Below are positions 39,506-49,454 of a stretch of 64,000 bases of DNA, in pieces. Position numbers and translations under genes: made by a program. The first letter of the stretch is position 1; each line of letters opens with the position of its first letter. The stretch comes from an uncultured bacterium (GTDB lineage: Bacteria > Krumholzibacteriota > Krumholzibacteriia > JACNKJ01). The notes beneath the pieces are model-generated. The model did not search any database and was not told the origin of the DNA. It saw only the letters and a list, made by a program, of their open reading frames with translations. The stretch is from contig CAVOFT010000001.1 in assembly GCA_963695095.1 (NCBI GenBank), positions 1,920,001 to 1,984,000 on the forward strand, in the 5' to 3' direction.

Positions 39506-40207
39506 GTGTCTGCTGCTAAACGACTGACCAAGAGGCAGTTGAAGGATGACAAGTTCGTCGACGTGGTCCTGCTCTATGGGGAGAAGCTGCGTGAGCACCA
39601 GCGCCTGATCCTGGGCGGCCTGCTGATCGTCCTGGTCGTGATCATGGGCGTGAGCTGGGGGCGGCGCGCGCTCGAGTCGGGCTCCTCGGAGGCGCAGCAG
39701 GCCTATTCAGCGGCGCTGAAGAAGCTGGAAGCCGCCATGCGCGTCGACGATGCGAAGGGCTATCTCGTGGCGCAACAGGCCTTCGAGGGCGTGCGCGCCA
39801 AGTATGCGCGCAAGGACGTCGGGCACTGGGCCCTCTACGGCATCGCCTATTGCAAGGAGCAGGCGGCGGACTACCAGGGCGCTGAAGCGGCCTTCCGCGA
39901 GTACCTCGAGGCCCAGCCCCGCGGGGAGTTCGCGCTGGCGGCTCGCCTGGGCGTCGCCAGCTGCAGCGGCAGCGTCGGTCGCGTGAAGCCGCAGGCCGAT
40001 ATGCTCCTGGAGGCGGCCGCCGACAAGTCGGTGGACGAGGCCCAGGCCGATGCCTGGCGCTTCCAGGCCGGCCAGATCTACATGGACGCGGGCTATTTCG
40101 ATCTTGCCCGTGATCTCTTCCAAGAGCTCAAGACGCGCGCGGACGAGCCGACTCGTCTCGAGATCGAGCAAGCGCTGAAGGCGCTGGCAGCCCTGCCGAC
40201 GGCTTGA
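39506..40207 (+). CDS. YfgM-like single-TM TPR protein
   Basis: KRLTKRQLKDDKFV N-terminus, one TM helix, TPR helices; GGGAG before GTG. Confidence 0.7.
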   Translation: MSAAKRLTKRQLKDDKFVDVVLLYGEKLREHQRLILGGLLIVLVVIMGVSWGRRALESGSSEAQQAYSAALKKLEAAMRVDDAKGYLVAQQAFEGVRAKYARKDVGHWALYGIAYCKEQAADYQGAEAAFREYLEAQPRGEFALAARLGVASCSGSVGRVKPQADMLLEAAADKSVDEAQADAWRFQAGQIYMDAGYFDLARDLFQELKTRADEPTRLEIEQALKALAALPTA

Positions 40208-40374
40208 GTCGGCTCCCGCCCGCGCGCCAGGTCCGCGCTTTGCATTGACGCGCCTTGGAAAAGCTGGAATCCTCCCTCAGCGTCGCCGCTGTCGAGCATC
40301 GACAGTCGTGCGGCCATGGGATTCCGCTGGCAGGGCCCGAGCTTTGCTCGCAGGCGTATCGTCGAGGGCGAGCC

Positions 40375-40785
40375 GTGACGCAGCGCACTCCTGAATTGGA
40401 CTTCGAGAGCGATCCTCCGGTCGCACCCGACAGCGTCGACCGCTGGATGGGGGCCATCGCCTACGTCACCGTCTTCTGCTTCGTGCCCTATCTCCTGCGA
40501 CCCGATCGCCCGCATCCGCGCTTCCACGCCAAGCAGGGGATCTTGCTGCTCTTCCTCGAGGTGGTCGCGGGCCTCGCGCTCTGGGTCATGGAGATGACCG
40601 TCGGCCGCATTCCCTTCCTCGGACTGCTGATCCTGGTCCTCGCGCGCCTGGCCGTCTGGCTGCCCATCCTGGGTCTGGCTCTGCTCGGCTTCACGCGGGC
40701 CCTGGCGGGGGAGATGCTGCCCTTGCCCTGGATCGGAAAGTTCGATGACGTGGTACCCGATGCCCCGGATCTGGCGCAGCACTAG
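40375..40785 (+). CDS. DUF4870-like membrane protein
   Basis: GAIAY, RFHAKQG and LPWIG motifs with three hydrophobic segments. Confidence 0.7.
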   Translation: MTQRTPELDFESDPPVAPDSVDRWMGAIAYVTVFCFVPYLLRPDRPHPRFHAKQGILLLFLEVVAGLALWVMEMTVGRIPFLGLLILVLARLAVWLPILGLALLGFTRALAGEMLPLPWIGKFDDVVPDAPDLAQH

Positions 40786-40797
40786 GCTCTCGGTAGA

Positions 40798-40825
40798 ATG
40801 GCGCATAATGTATATTATGTTAACC
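40798..40825 (+). other. dif: dif site (XerC/XerD chromosome dimer resolution)
   Basis: ATGGCGCATAA-TGTATA-TTATGTTAACC has 23 contiguous identities to E. coli dif GGTGCGCATAATGTATATTATGTTAAAT; intergenic, AT-rich, at the gene-strand switch. Confidence 0.9.
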
Positions 40826-40866
40826 ACTCCTCTTCGACTTGATACCGGCTGAACCGCTGCCTCCCA

Positions 40867-42699
40867 ATGAGCGTTCAGACCCTTCCCGCCCTGCTCTTCC
40901 ATGCCACGCGCAAGCATTCCAATCCCAAAGCGTTCCAGCGGGTAGTGAATGGAATCTCGGAGGTCGTCTCGGCCGCCGAATTCGAGGGCAATTGCCTGCG
41001 CGTCGCCCTCGGGCTCGCAGGCAGAGGCCTGCGGCCCGGGGATCGCATCGCCATCCTCGCCCGCAGCAGCGTGGACTGGGCGCTCTGCGATTTCGCCATC
41101 CAGCTCCTGGGTGCCGTGTCGGTGCCGATCTACCCGACCTTGCCGGCCCCGGCCGTGGCCCGGATCCTCGCGCATGCCGGCTGTCGGGCCGCCTTCGTCG
41201 AAGACGCCGAGCAAGCGGCGAAGGTCCTGCCCCTTGCGACCGGCCGGGCCGAGGGCGGTCAGCCCGCAATCGCCGTGCTGATTCAATTCGGAGGCGAGCC
41301 TGCGGCCGGCGTCGATGGCCTCGCTGTACTCGCCGCCGAGGGCGCGGCCCGCGGCGAGGCTGCTGCGGAGCGGCTGCGCGAGGATGCTCTGGAGATACCC
41401 GAGGAGGCGGACTGCACGCTGGTCTACACCTCGGGCACCAGCGGCGAGCCAAAGGGTGTCCTGCTCACTCACCGCAACATCCTCAGCAACGTCCAGGCGG
41501 CTCTGCAGGTGATCCCGTTGAACGAGGAGGACACGGCCCTCAGTTGTCTGCCCCTGAGCCATCTGCTCGAGCGCACGGCGGGCCTGCACGCCATGATGCA
41601 CGCCGGCGCGTCCATCGCCTATGCGCAATCCCTGGAGAGCCTTGGGCAGGATCTCCTGGCTGTGCGGCCGACCGTGATGATCGCGGTGCCGCGGATCTAC
41701 GAGAAGATGTACGGACGCCTGCACGCCCGCGCCATGGCCGGCGGCTACCTGCAGCGGCGGCTCTTCGCCTGGTCGCGGCGCGTGGGCGCCGCCTGGACGA
41801 GCCGCCGCCTGGGCGGGACTCCCCCGCAGCTGCCGCTGCGCATCGCCCATCGCCTTGCCGATCGTCTCGTGTTCGCCCGTCTGCGCGCGCGCACAGGCGG
41901 GCGCCTGCGCTTTTTCGTCTCGGGCGGCGCACCGCTCGCACCCGAGATCGGCAGCTTCTTCTACGCGGCCGGCTTGCCGATCCTGGAGGGCTACGGCCTG
42001 ACCGAGACGAGCCCGATCATCAGCGTCAACAGCAGCGCCGGACTGCGCTTGGGCAGCGTGGGCAAGGCCCTGCCCGGCGTCGAAGTGCGCATCGCTGCGG
42101 ATGGTGAGATCCTCACTCGCGGACCGCATGTGATGCGCGCTTACTACCGCGATGAGGAGGCGACGCGCGCCGCGCTCGACGACGCGGGCTGGTTCGCCAC
42201 GGGCGACATCGGCGAGCTCGACGCCGAGGGCTACCTGCGCATCACCGATCGCAAGAAGGATCTCCTCGTGACTGCCGGCGGCAAGAACGTCGCCCCGCAG
42301 CCGATCGAGGTCCGCTTCAAGCAGGATCGCTTCATCAGCGAGTGCGTCCTGATCGGCGATCGCCGCCCCTTCATCGCCGCGCTGATCGTGCCCGACTTCG
42401 CAGCCTTGCGCAGCGCCGCGGCGCAGAAAGGGATAGCCGTCTCATCGGCCACCGCTCTGGCGACAGACCCGCAGGTGCTCAGGCTCTTCGCGCGCCGATT
42501 GGCGCGACTGAATGCGGACCTTGCCCCCCATGAGAAGGTCAGGGCCTGGCGGCTTCTCGATCACGAGCTGACGCTGGATGCCGGCGAGTTGACCCCATCG
42601 CTGAAGGTGCGTCGACGGCAGGTCCTGGAGCGCTATGCGGCCGTGGTCGAGGGGATCTACGCCGGAACGGTCCCTCCCACCGGAAGCAGCCCGCGCTAG
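40867..42699 (+). CDS. Long-chain acyl-CoA synthetase (AMP-binding, FAA1-like)
   Basis: YTSGTSGEPKG, EGYGLTET, GWFATGDIG, DRKKDL, LTPSLK. Confidence 0.9.
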   Translation: MSVQTLPALLFHATRKHSNPKAFQRVVNGISEVVSAAEFEGNCLRVALGLAGRGLRPGDRIAILARSSVDWALCDFAIQLLGAVSVPIYPTLPAPAVARILAHAGCRAAFVEDAEQAAKVLPLATGRAEGGQPAIAVLIQFGGEPAAGVDGLAVLAAEGAARGEAAAERLREDALEIPEEADCTLVYTSGTSGEPKGVLLTHRNILSNVQAALQVIPLNEEDTALSCLPLSHLLERTAGLHAMMHAGASIAYAQSLESLGQDLLAVRPTVMIAVPRIYEKMYGRLHARAMAGGYLQRRLFAWSRRVGAAWTSRRLGGTPPQLPLRIAHRLADRLVFARLRARTGGRLRFFVSGGAPLAPEIGSFFYAAGLPILEGYGLTETSPIISVNSSAGLRLGSVGKALPGVEVRIAADGEILTRGPHVMRAYYRDEEATRAALDDAGWFATGDIGELDAEGYLRITDRKKDLLVTAGGKNVAPQPIEVRFKQDRFISECVLIGDRRPFIAALIVPDFAALRSAAAQKGIAVSSATALATDPQVLRLFARRLARLNADLAPHEKVRAWRLLDHELTLDAGELTPSLKVRRRQVLERYAAVVEGIYAGTVPPTGSSPR

Positions 42700-43349
42700 T
42701 AGCCGCCCTGGCTGGGTGCGAAGCTCTGGCTGGGCTCGGCGAACTTCGCTGCATCGTCGAGCTTGTCGCAGTAGGCCTTCATCTCGGCGTAGCTCTGCAG
42801 CAGCTTCTTCTCATCCGGATTGTCGACAACGCGCAGACGGCGCATGCCGGGCAGGAAGAACTGGACGGTAAGCTGCGAAGCCATGAGGCCATGCTCCGTG
42901 GCCTCACGTTGCTGCCGTGGCAACTCGACGTAGCAGTTGACGAAGTCCTGGCTGGCGGCGACCACCGCCGGCCGCCGGTAGAGCTGAGGCAGGAGGAAGA
43001 GGCAGTCGGCGCAGGTGTGATCGAAGACGTAGAAGGCAAGCGGCCGCCCGGTGTCCTTGGCCTTGCGCACGGCCGTGCTGAGCTCGTTGTAGAAGTAGAC
43101 CCGGGTCGGATGCCGCCGCAAGTGCCCCTTCGCTGCGAAGCTGATCTCGCGATCCAGGTTGGGATTGTCGTCGTTGAGGGCGTTCTGATCGAAGATCCAC
43201 TGGCGATAGACATGCCCCTCGTCCCAGAGCGAATCCCGCGCCGCCCCGAGTTCCTTGCCGAGCAGGACATCCTTGGCTTGCGGCGCCGGAGCGGCGAGCA
43301 AGAGGCCCCCGAGGAGGGCGAGAGCGGTAAGCTGGCGAAGGTCGCGCAT
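42696..43349 (-). CDS. Exported thioredoxin-fold-like protein
   Basis: Signal peptide; KAKDTGRPLAFYVFDHTCADC (CxxC); GGAG RBS. Confidence 0.55.
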   Translation of the reverse strand: MRDLRQLTALALLGGLLLAAPAPQAKDVLLGKELGAARDSLWDEGHVYRQWIFDQNALNDDNPNLDREISFAAKGHLRRHPTRVYFYNELSTAVRKAKDTGRPLAFYVFDHTCADCLFLLPQLYRRPAVVAASQDFVNCYVELPRQQREATEHGLMASQLTVQFFLPGMRRLRVVDNPDEKKLLQSYAEMKAYCDKLDDAAKFAEPSQSFAPSQGGY

Positions 43350-43421
43350 GGCGTGTCTCTCCAGGGTAGCGTGGAAATGATCGTGAAGCTTACTCCGCCG
43401 GACCGCTCTCGAGCAAGGCCC

Positions 43422-44466
43422 TCAGGCGCGCAGGGTTTGCCCGCGCAGGGACGCGATCAGCGTTGCCTCGAGCAGCTCCCGCGCCTGGCCGGCGCCGCCG
43501 CGCTTCAGGCGGACATCGAGCTTCTGCAAATTCAGCAACCAGGCCAGAAGTTCCCGCTTGCTGAGCTTGCTGGCCCGGGCGACGAGTTCCTGCGCCCGCT
43601 CCGGCCAGAGGCCCAGCGCGGCCGCGGCAGCCGCCTGCGACCCGCGCGCCTCCAGGAGCAGCCGCGCTCGCAGCAGCTGCGTGAACGTGAAACTGAGGGC
43701 GCCGATCAGGGGGATCGGCTCTCCCCCCTCGGCGAGGATGCGCGCCAGGGAAGCCATCGCTTCGCCCTGGCTCTCCGGGCGCAGGAGTCCCGCCAATCGC
43801 CAGACGTCTTCCGCGCGCTGATGCCCGACGAGCTGCTCGAGCTCCCGCCGGCCGAGCTTCTGGCCCGGCGCCGTCCCGAGTCGCAGCTTCTCGATCTCGC
43901 TGGCGAGCTCGCCCGGATCCGGAGGCAGGGCCGCGACGAGACGGGCCGGAAGATCGGCGTCGAAGTCGAGTCCCGCCGCGCGCAGGCGGTTGGCTGCCCA
44001 GGCCGTGAGCGCGGCCTCGCCCGCCAGCTCGATCTTCAGCGCGAGCCCACCCTGCTTGACGATGCGGTTCTTCGCCGCCATGGAGCTGCGCCAGATTGGA
44101 CGCGCTCAGGCAGATCACGTTCTGCCCAGGCGGCTCGGCGAGGTAGCGGGCCAGGGCTGCGCGGATCTCCTCCCCGAGCTTCTTCCCCACCTCCAGGACC
44201 ACGAGCTTGCGGGGATCGAAGAAGGAGTAGCTGCGCAGGAGCACCTCGACGGCCGACCAGTCCGAGCGGCTGTCCAGACTGCGTTCTTCGTAGGAGAAAT
44301 CGCGGCTGGCGGCGGGCACGCAGGCGTCCCGCAGCAGGGCGACCGCCTCGCGCCGCAGCAGGTCGCTCTCCGCGGTGATGAGGTAGCTGGGGCGCAGGCC
44401 CCGCGCCAGATCCGCGCGCAGCGCGGCCAGCGGATCCCCGAACGCGCTCGGCCGCCGACCGGGCAT
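43422..44466 (-). CDS. holA: DNA polymerase III delta subunit; apparent 1-nt insertion near 44083
   Basis: YLITAE, SFFDPRKLVV, ELASEIEKL, EPIPLIG, DVRLKRG; downstream of an lptE-like gene. Confidence 0.8.
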
Positions 44467-44467
44467 G

Positions 44468-44989
44468 CTACCACTCCCCGAAGACGGCATTGAGAGCGGC
44501 ATCGACAATCTGCTCGATGGCCTTCTCCTCCGCGCGGTCGCGGGTGAGCTCGGCGCCGGCCGCACTGCCTTCGACGAAGAAGCTCTCGCTGCCGGTGAAG
44601 CGGCGATTGCTCCAGAGGGCCTCCCCCGTCGCGCTGCGCTGGAAGCTCAGCTCGAGCACGATCGTCAACTTGTACTCGTCGGCGCTGCCGGCCTCGCTGA
44701 TGGAGAAGGGCGCCTCGCTATAGCGAACGACGCTGCCGCTGAGGAGGATAGTCCTCCTGGCCGCGGGGCACCAGGCGCATGCCGCCGTCGGCTTCCAGCG
44801 CTTCGCTGAGCGCAGTCGTGGCCAGCAGTTCCAGATCCGGCTGCGCCGTGCGATTCTCGAGGAACGGCACGGCGACGCTGCCCGTCAGGGCCCGCCCGCG
44901 GCTGCTGCCGTGGTAGTAGCCGCAAGCGGTGGAGAGGAGAAGGATGAGGCCGCTCGCGCAGGCGACGCGCAGGCGCCAGGGCAGCCGTT

Positions 44990-44993
<4 letters not shown>
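44468..44993 (-). CDS. lptE: LptE-like lipoprotein; apparent 1-nt insertion near 44745
   Basis: Lipobox STA-CGYY; VAVPFLENRT; terminal W; lptE-holA synteny. Confidence 0.7.
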
Positions 44994-46415
<1,422 letters not shown>

Positions 46416-46422
46416 CTGGACC

Positions 46423-47370
46423 TCAATCGCCCTGCGCCGCCATTGCCTGGTACCAGGCGACGGTGCGCCGCAGGCCTTCCTCGAAGGTGACCACCGGCTC
46501 GTAGCCGATCAACGCGTGGGCGCGACTGATGTCCGCCTGGGAGTGGTCGACATCGCCCGCGCGCCGCGGCCCGAACTCCGGTTCGCAGCTCACGCCGAGC
46601 AGTTCGCGAATCTGATCGAAGAGATAGCGAACCGAGAAGGAGCCGCCGCAGGCGACGTTCACCGTCTCCCCCGCCGTGCGCGCCGCGGTCATCGCGGCCA
46701 GATTGCCGGCGACGACGTTGTCGATGTAGGTGAAATCCCGCGTCTGGCTGCCGTCGCCGTCGATGCGAGGCGAGCGGCCGGCCAGCAGCTCGCGCGCAAA
46801 GAGCGGCAGCACCGCCGCGTAGGGCGAGTCCGGATCCTGGCGGGGACCGAACACGTTGAAGTAGCGGATGCTGAGGGTTTCCAGTCCGTACACGGCGCTG
46901 AAGGCGCGGCAGTAGTGCTCGCCCGCCAGCTTGCTCACGGCGTAGGGCGACATCGGCTGTGGCGTCAGATCCTCGTGCTTGGGACTGACCTCGACGTTGC
47001 CGTAGGCGGAGCTGCTGCCCGCGTAGATCACGCGGCGCACGCCCGCATCGCGGGCGGCCTCGAGGACGTTCAAGGTGCCCGTCACGTTCACCTCGTTCGA
47101 GGCCAGCGGCTCCTTTACCGAGCGGGGCACGGAGGCCAGCGCTGCTTCGTGGAAGACGTAGTCGCAGCCCTGCATGGCGCGCCCGACGGCCTCCGCGTCG
47201 CGCAGGTCGGCCACTTCGAGGCGGATGCGGTTGCGGTGCTCCGCGAGATTGCCCTCATGTCCGGTCGAGAGGTTGTCAAGGACGACCACCGCGTTGCCGT
47301 CCGCGACCAGGGCGGCGACGATGTGGCTGCCGATGAAGCCGGCGCCGCCCGTAACGAGAATCCTGGCCAT
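46423..47370 (-). CDS. NAD-dependent epimerase (WbpP-like UDP-GlcNAc/UDP-GlcNAcA 4-epimerase)
   Basis: VTGGAGFIGSH, SVPRS, YAVSK, RYFNVFGPRQDP. Confidence 0.88.
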   Translation of the reverse strand: MARILVTGGAGFIGSHIVAALVADGNAVVVLDNLSTGHEGNLAEHRNRIRLEVADLRDAEAVGRAMQGCDYVFHEAALASVPRSVKEPLASNEVNVTGTLNVLEAARDAGVRRVIYAGSSSAYGNVEVSPKHEDLTPQPMSPYAVSKLAGEHYCRAFSAVYGLETLSIRYFNVFGPRQDPDSPYAAVLPLFARELLAGRSPRIDGDGSQTRDFTYIDNVVAGNLAAMTAARTAGETVNVACGGSFSVRYLFDQIRELLGVSCEPEFGPRRAGDVDHSQADISRAHALIGYEPVVTFEEGLRRTVAWYQAMAAQGD

Positions 47371-47379
47371 CCGCGCCTC

Positions 47380-48693
47380 CTAGAGTCGAAAGATCTTGGG
47401 CGACTCGACGCCCTTGAGCACATTGCGCGTATCGACCACCAGCGGCACGGCGGCAAGCAGCGACCGGTAGTCGACCTGAGCGTGGTTCGTGATCACCACC
47501 GCCACATCGACGCCCTTCAGGTCGGCGGGCGCCAGTGCTCGGCGGGGCACATCGGCCAGCTCCGGAATCACGGCCGTGATCCAGTCATCGTGGAAGCTCA
47601 CCTGTCCGCCCTTGGCCTGCAGCAGCTTGATCACGTCCAGGGCCGGGCTTTCCCGGTAGTCGTCGATGTTCGCCTTGTAGGCCACGCCGAGCACCAGGAT
47701 GTTGGCGCCGTTGACGGCCTTCTTCTGCGAGTTGAGCGCGTCGGTGACGACTTCGACCACATGATCCGGCATGTGGCTGTTCACCTCGCCGGCCAGCTCG
47801 ATGAAGCGGGCCTCGAAGCCGTGCAAACGCGCCTTCCAGCTCAGGTAGAAGGGGTCGATGGGAATGCAGTGGCCGCCCAGGCCCGGGCCCGGATAGAAGG
47901 GCATGAAGCCGAAGGGCTTGGTGGCGGCGGCGTCGATGACGTCCCAGACGTTGATGCTCATGCGGCTGCAGATCAGGGCGATCTCGTTGACGAGACCGAT
48001 GTTCACCGAGCGGAAGGTGTTCTCCAGCAGCTTGACCGTCTCCGCCACGCGACTCGAGGAGACGGGGATCACGGTGTCGATGGCGCGGGCGTAGAGGGCG
48101 ACGGCCACTTCCGTGCAGGCCGGCGTGATGCCGCCCACCACCTTGGGGATGTTCCGCGTCTGGTACTTCTCGTTGCCGGGATCGACGCGCTCCGGGCTGA
48201 AGGCGAGGAAGAAGCTCTCCCCTACCCGCCGGCCCGTGGCCTCGAGCTTGGGCAAGATGACCTCGTCGGTGGTGCCGGGATAGGTCGTGCTCTCGAGGAT
48301 GACGAGGGTGCCGTCGCTCATGTGGCGAGCGATCTCGTCCGTCGCGGCGACGATGTAGGAGATGTCCGGGTCGCGCGTCTTGCCCAGCGGCGTCGGCACG
48401 GCGATGTTGATGGTGTCGATGTCCTTCAGCAGCGCGAAGTCCGTGGTCGCTGCCAGCAGCCCCGCCTTGACGAGCGGCGCCAGGGTCTCCGACGGCACGT
48501 CCTGGATGTAGCTCTCGCCCCGCCCGATCGCATCCACCTTGCGCGCATCGAGATCCACGCCCAGCACCCGCATGCCGCTCTTGGCGAACTCGACGGCCAG
48601 CGGGAGCCCGACGTAGCCCAGGCCGATCACAGCGCAGTGCGCCTGGCCGGCGGCAATCTTTGCCTTCAACGCTTCGAAATGGGACATGCTCAC
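47380..48693 (-). CDS. UDP-N-acetylhexosamine 6-dehydrogenase (WbpA/WbpO family)
   Basis: IGLGYVGLPLA, ESTTYPG, SPERVDPG, GGHCIPIDP. Confidence 0.9.
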   Translation of the reverse strand: MSMSHFEALKAKIAAGQAHCAVIGLGYVGLPLAVEFAKSGMRVLGVDLDARKVDAIGRGESYIQDVPSETLAPLVKAGLLAATTDFALLKDIDTINIAVPTPLGKTRDPDISYIVAATDEIARHMSDGTLVILESTTYPGTTDEVILPKLEATGRRVGESFFLAFSPERVDPGNEKYQTRNIPKVVGGITPACTEVAVALYARAIDTVIPVSSSRVAETVKLLENTFRSVNIGLVNEIALICSRMSINVWDVIDAAATKPFGFMPFYPGPGLGGHCIPIDPFYLSWKARLHGFEARFIELAGEVNSHMPDHVVEVVTDALNSQKKAVNGANILVLGVAYKANIDDYRESPALDVIKLLQAKGGQVSFHDDWITAVIPELADVPRRALAPADLKGVDVAVVITNHAQVDYRSLLAAVPLVVDTRNVLKGVESPKIFRL

Positions 48694-48759
48694 TTCCTGC
48701 TCGGGAGCCGGGGCGCAGCCGGCCGCTGGGCGGCGGGCGGCGCTTGGCCGGATCTCAGT

Positions 48760-49110
48760 TTATTCGATAGAGTTACGACTACTCCTCAGCGTGCGGCCCA
48801 ACTCCCGCAGCTCCACGCTGAGGCGGATCAGCCGGTAGAGGAGGACGAGGAGAAGCAGCCCGATACCCAGCGGCAAGAGCCATGCCCGGGATCCGTAGTC
48901 GGCCAGGAAATGGGCGCGCAGCAGGCGCAGCGCGCTGGCGAGCAGCCACAGGAGCCCGCCGCAGAGCAGCGCGAGCGTGACCGCTTGCACCATCTTGGCC
49001 GCGAATTCCTCGCCGAGACGCCGGCTCCGCCGGAAGCGCCCCAGATCGGCCGCGCCGCGACGTGAGGATCGCCGGCGCGACGAGCCGCCGAAGCGGCTCG
49101 CGGCCGTCAT
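48760..49110 (-). CDS. Hypothetical two-TM membrane protein
   Basis: Overlaps the upstream ORF (ATGA); two hydrophobic helices. Confidence 0.5.
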   Translation of the reverse strand: MTAASRFGGSSRRRSSRRGAADLGRFRRSRRLGEEFAAKMVQAVTLALLCGGLLWLLASALRLLRAHFLADYGSRAWLLPLGIGLLLLVLLYRLIRLSVELRELGRTLRSSRNSIE

Positions 49111-49322
49111 GGGCCGCCCTCGCCGGCGCTGCGCCGGCTTTCGATTTCTTCGTAGTCAGCATCCTGGATGTCAGCCTCTTTGAAGGGAACAGCCGGGGGC
49201 CGGCTGGCGTCGGGGGACTGGGCTCCAGGGGCCTGCCGCTGCTTGCCCCCCCCGAATGGGCGCAGGAGCCTGCGCAGCAGCAAGAAGCCCAGGAGGACGA
49301 GGATGAGGCGTAATATCCACAT
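49107..49322 (-). CDS. Hypothetical small single-TM protein
   Basis: MWILRLILVLLGFLLLRRL...DIQDADYEEIE; starts 8 nt after tRNA-Arg(CCG). Confidence 0.6.
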   Translation of the reverse strand: MWILRLILVLLGFLLLRRLLRPFGGGKQRQAPGAQSPDASRPPAVPFKEADIQDADYEEIESRRSAGEGGP

Positions 49323-49330
49323 GGTGTAGG

Positions 49331-49404
49331 TACGCCCGGCAGGATTCGAACCTGCGACCCCTTGCTCCGGAGGCAAGTGCTCTATCCAACTGAGCCACGG
49401 GCGC
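49331..49404 (-). tRNA. tRNA-Arg(CCG)
   Basis: Acceptor GCGCCCG/CGGGCGT; anticodon arm CTTGC-CTCCGGA-GCAAG; GGTTCGAATCC. Confidence 0.97.
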
Positions 49405-49454
49405 AGCGGGTCGAAGTTAGGGGATCTCCCGCGGCTTTGCCAGGTAAATCTGGC

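Noticed and set aside
40805..40820. CATAAT-N4-ATTATG palindrome as a transcription-factor operator for the acyl-CoA synthetase
   Set aside because: Better explained as the core of the dif site.
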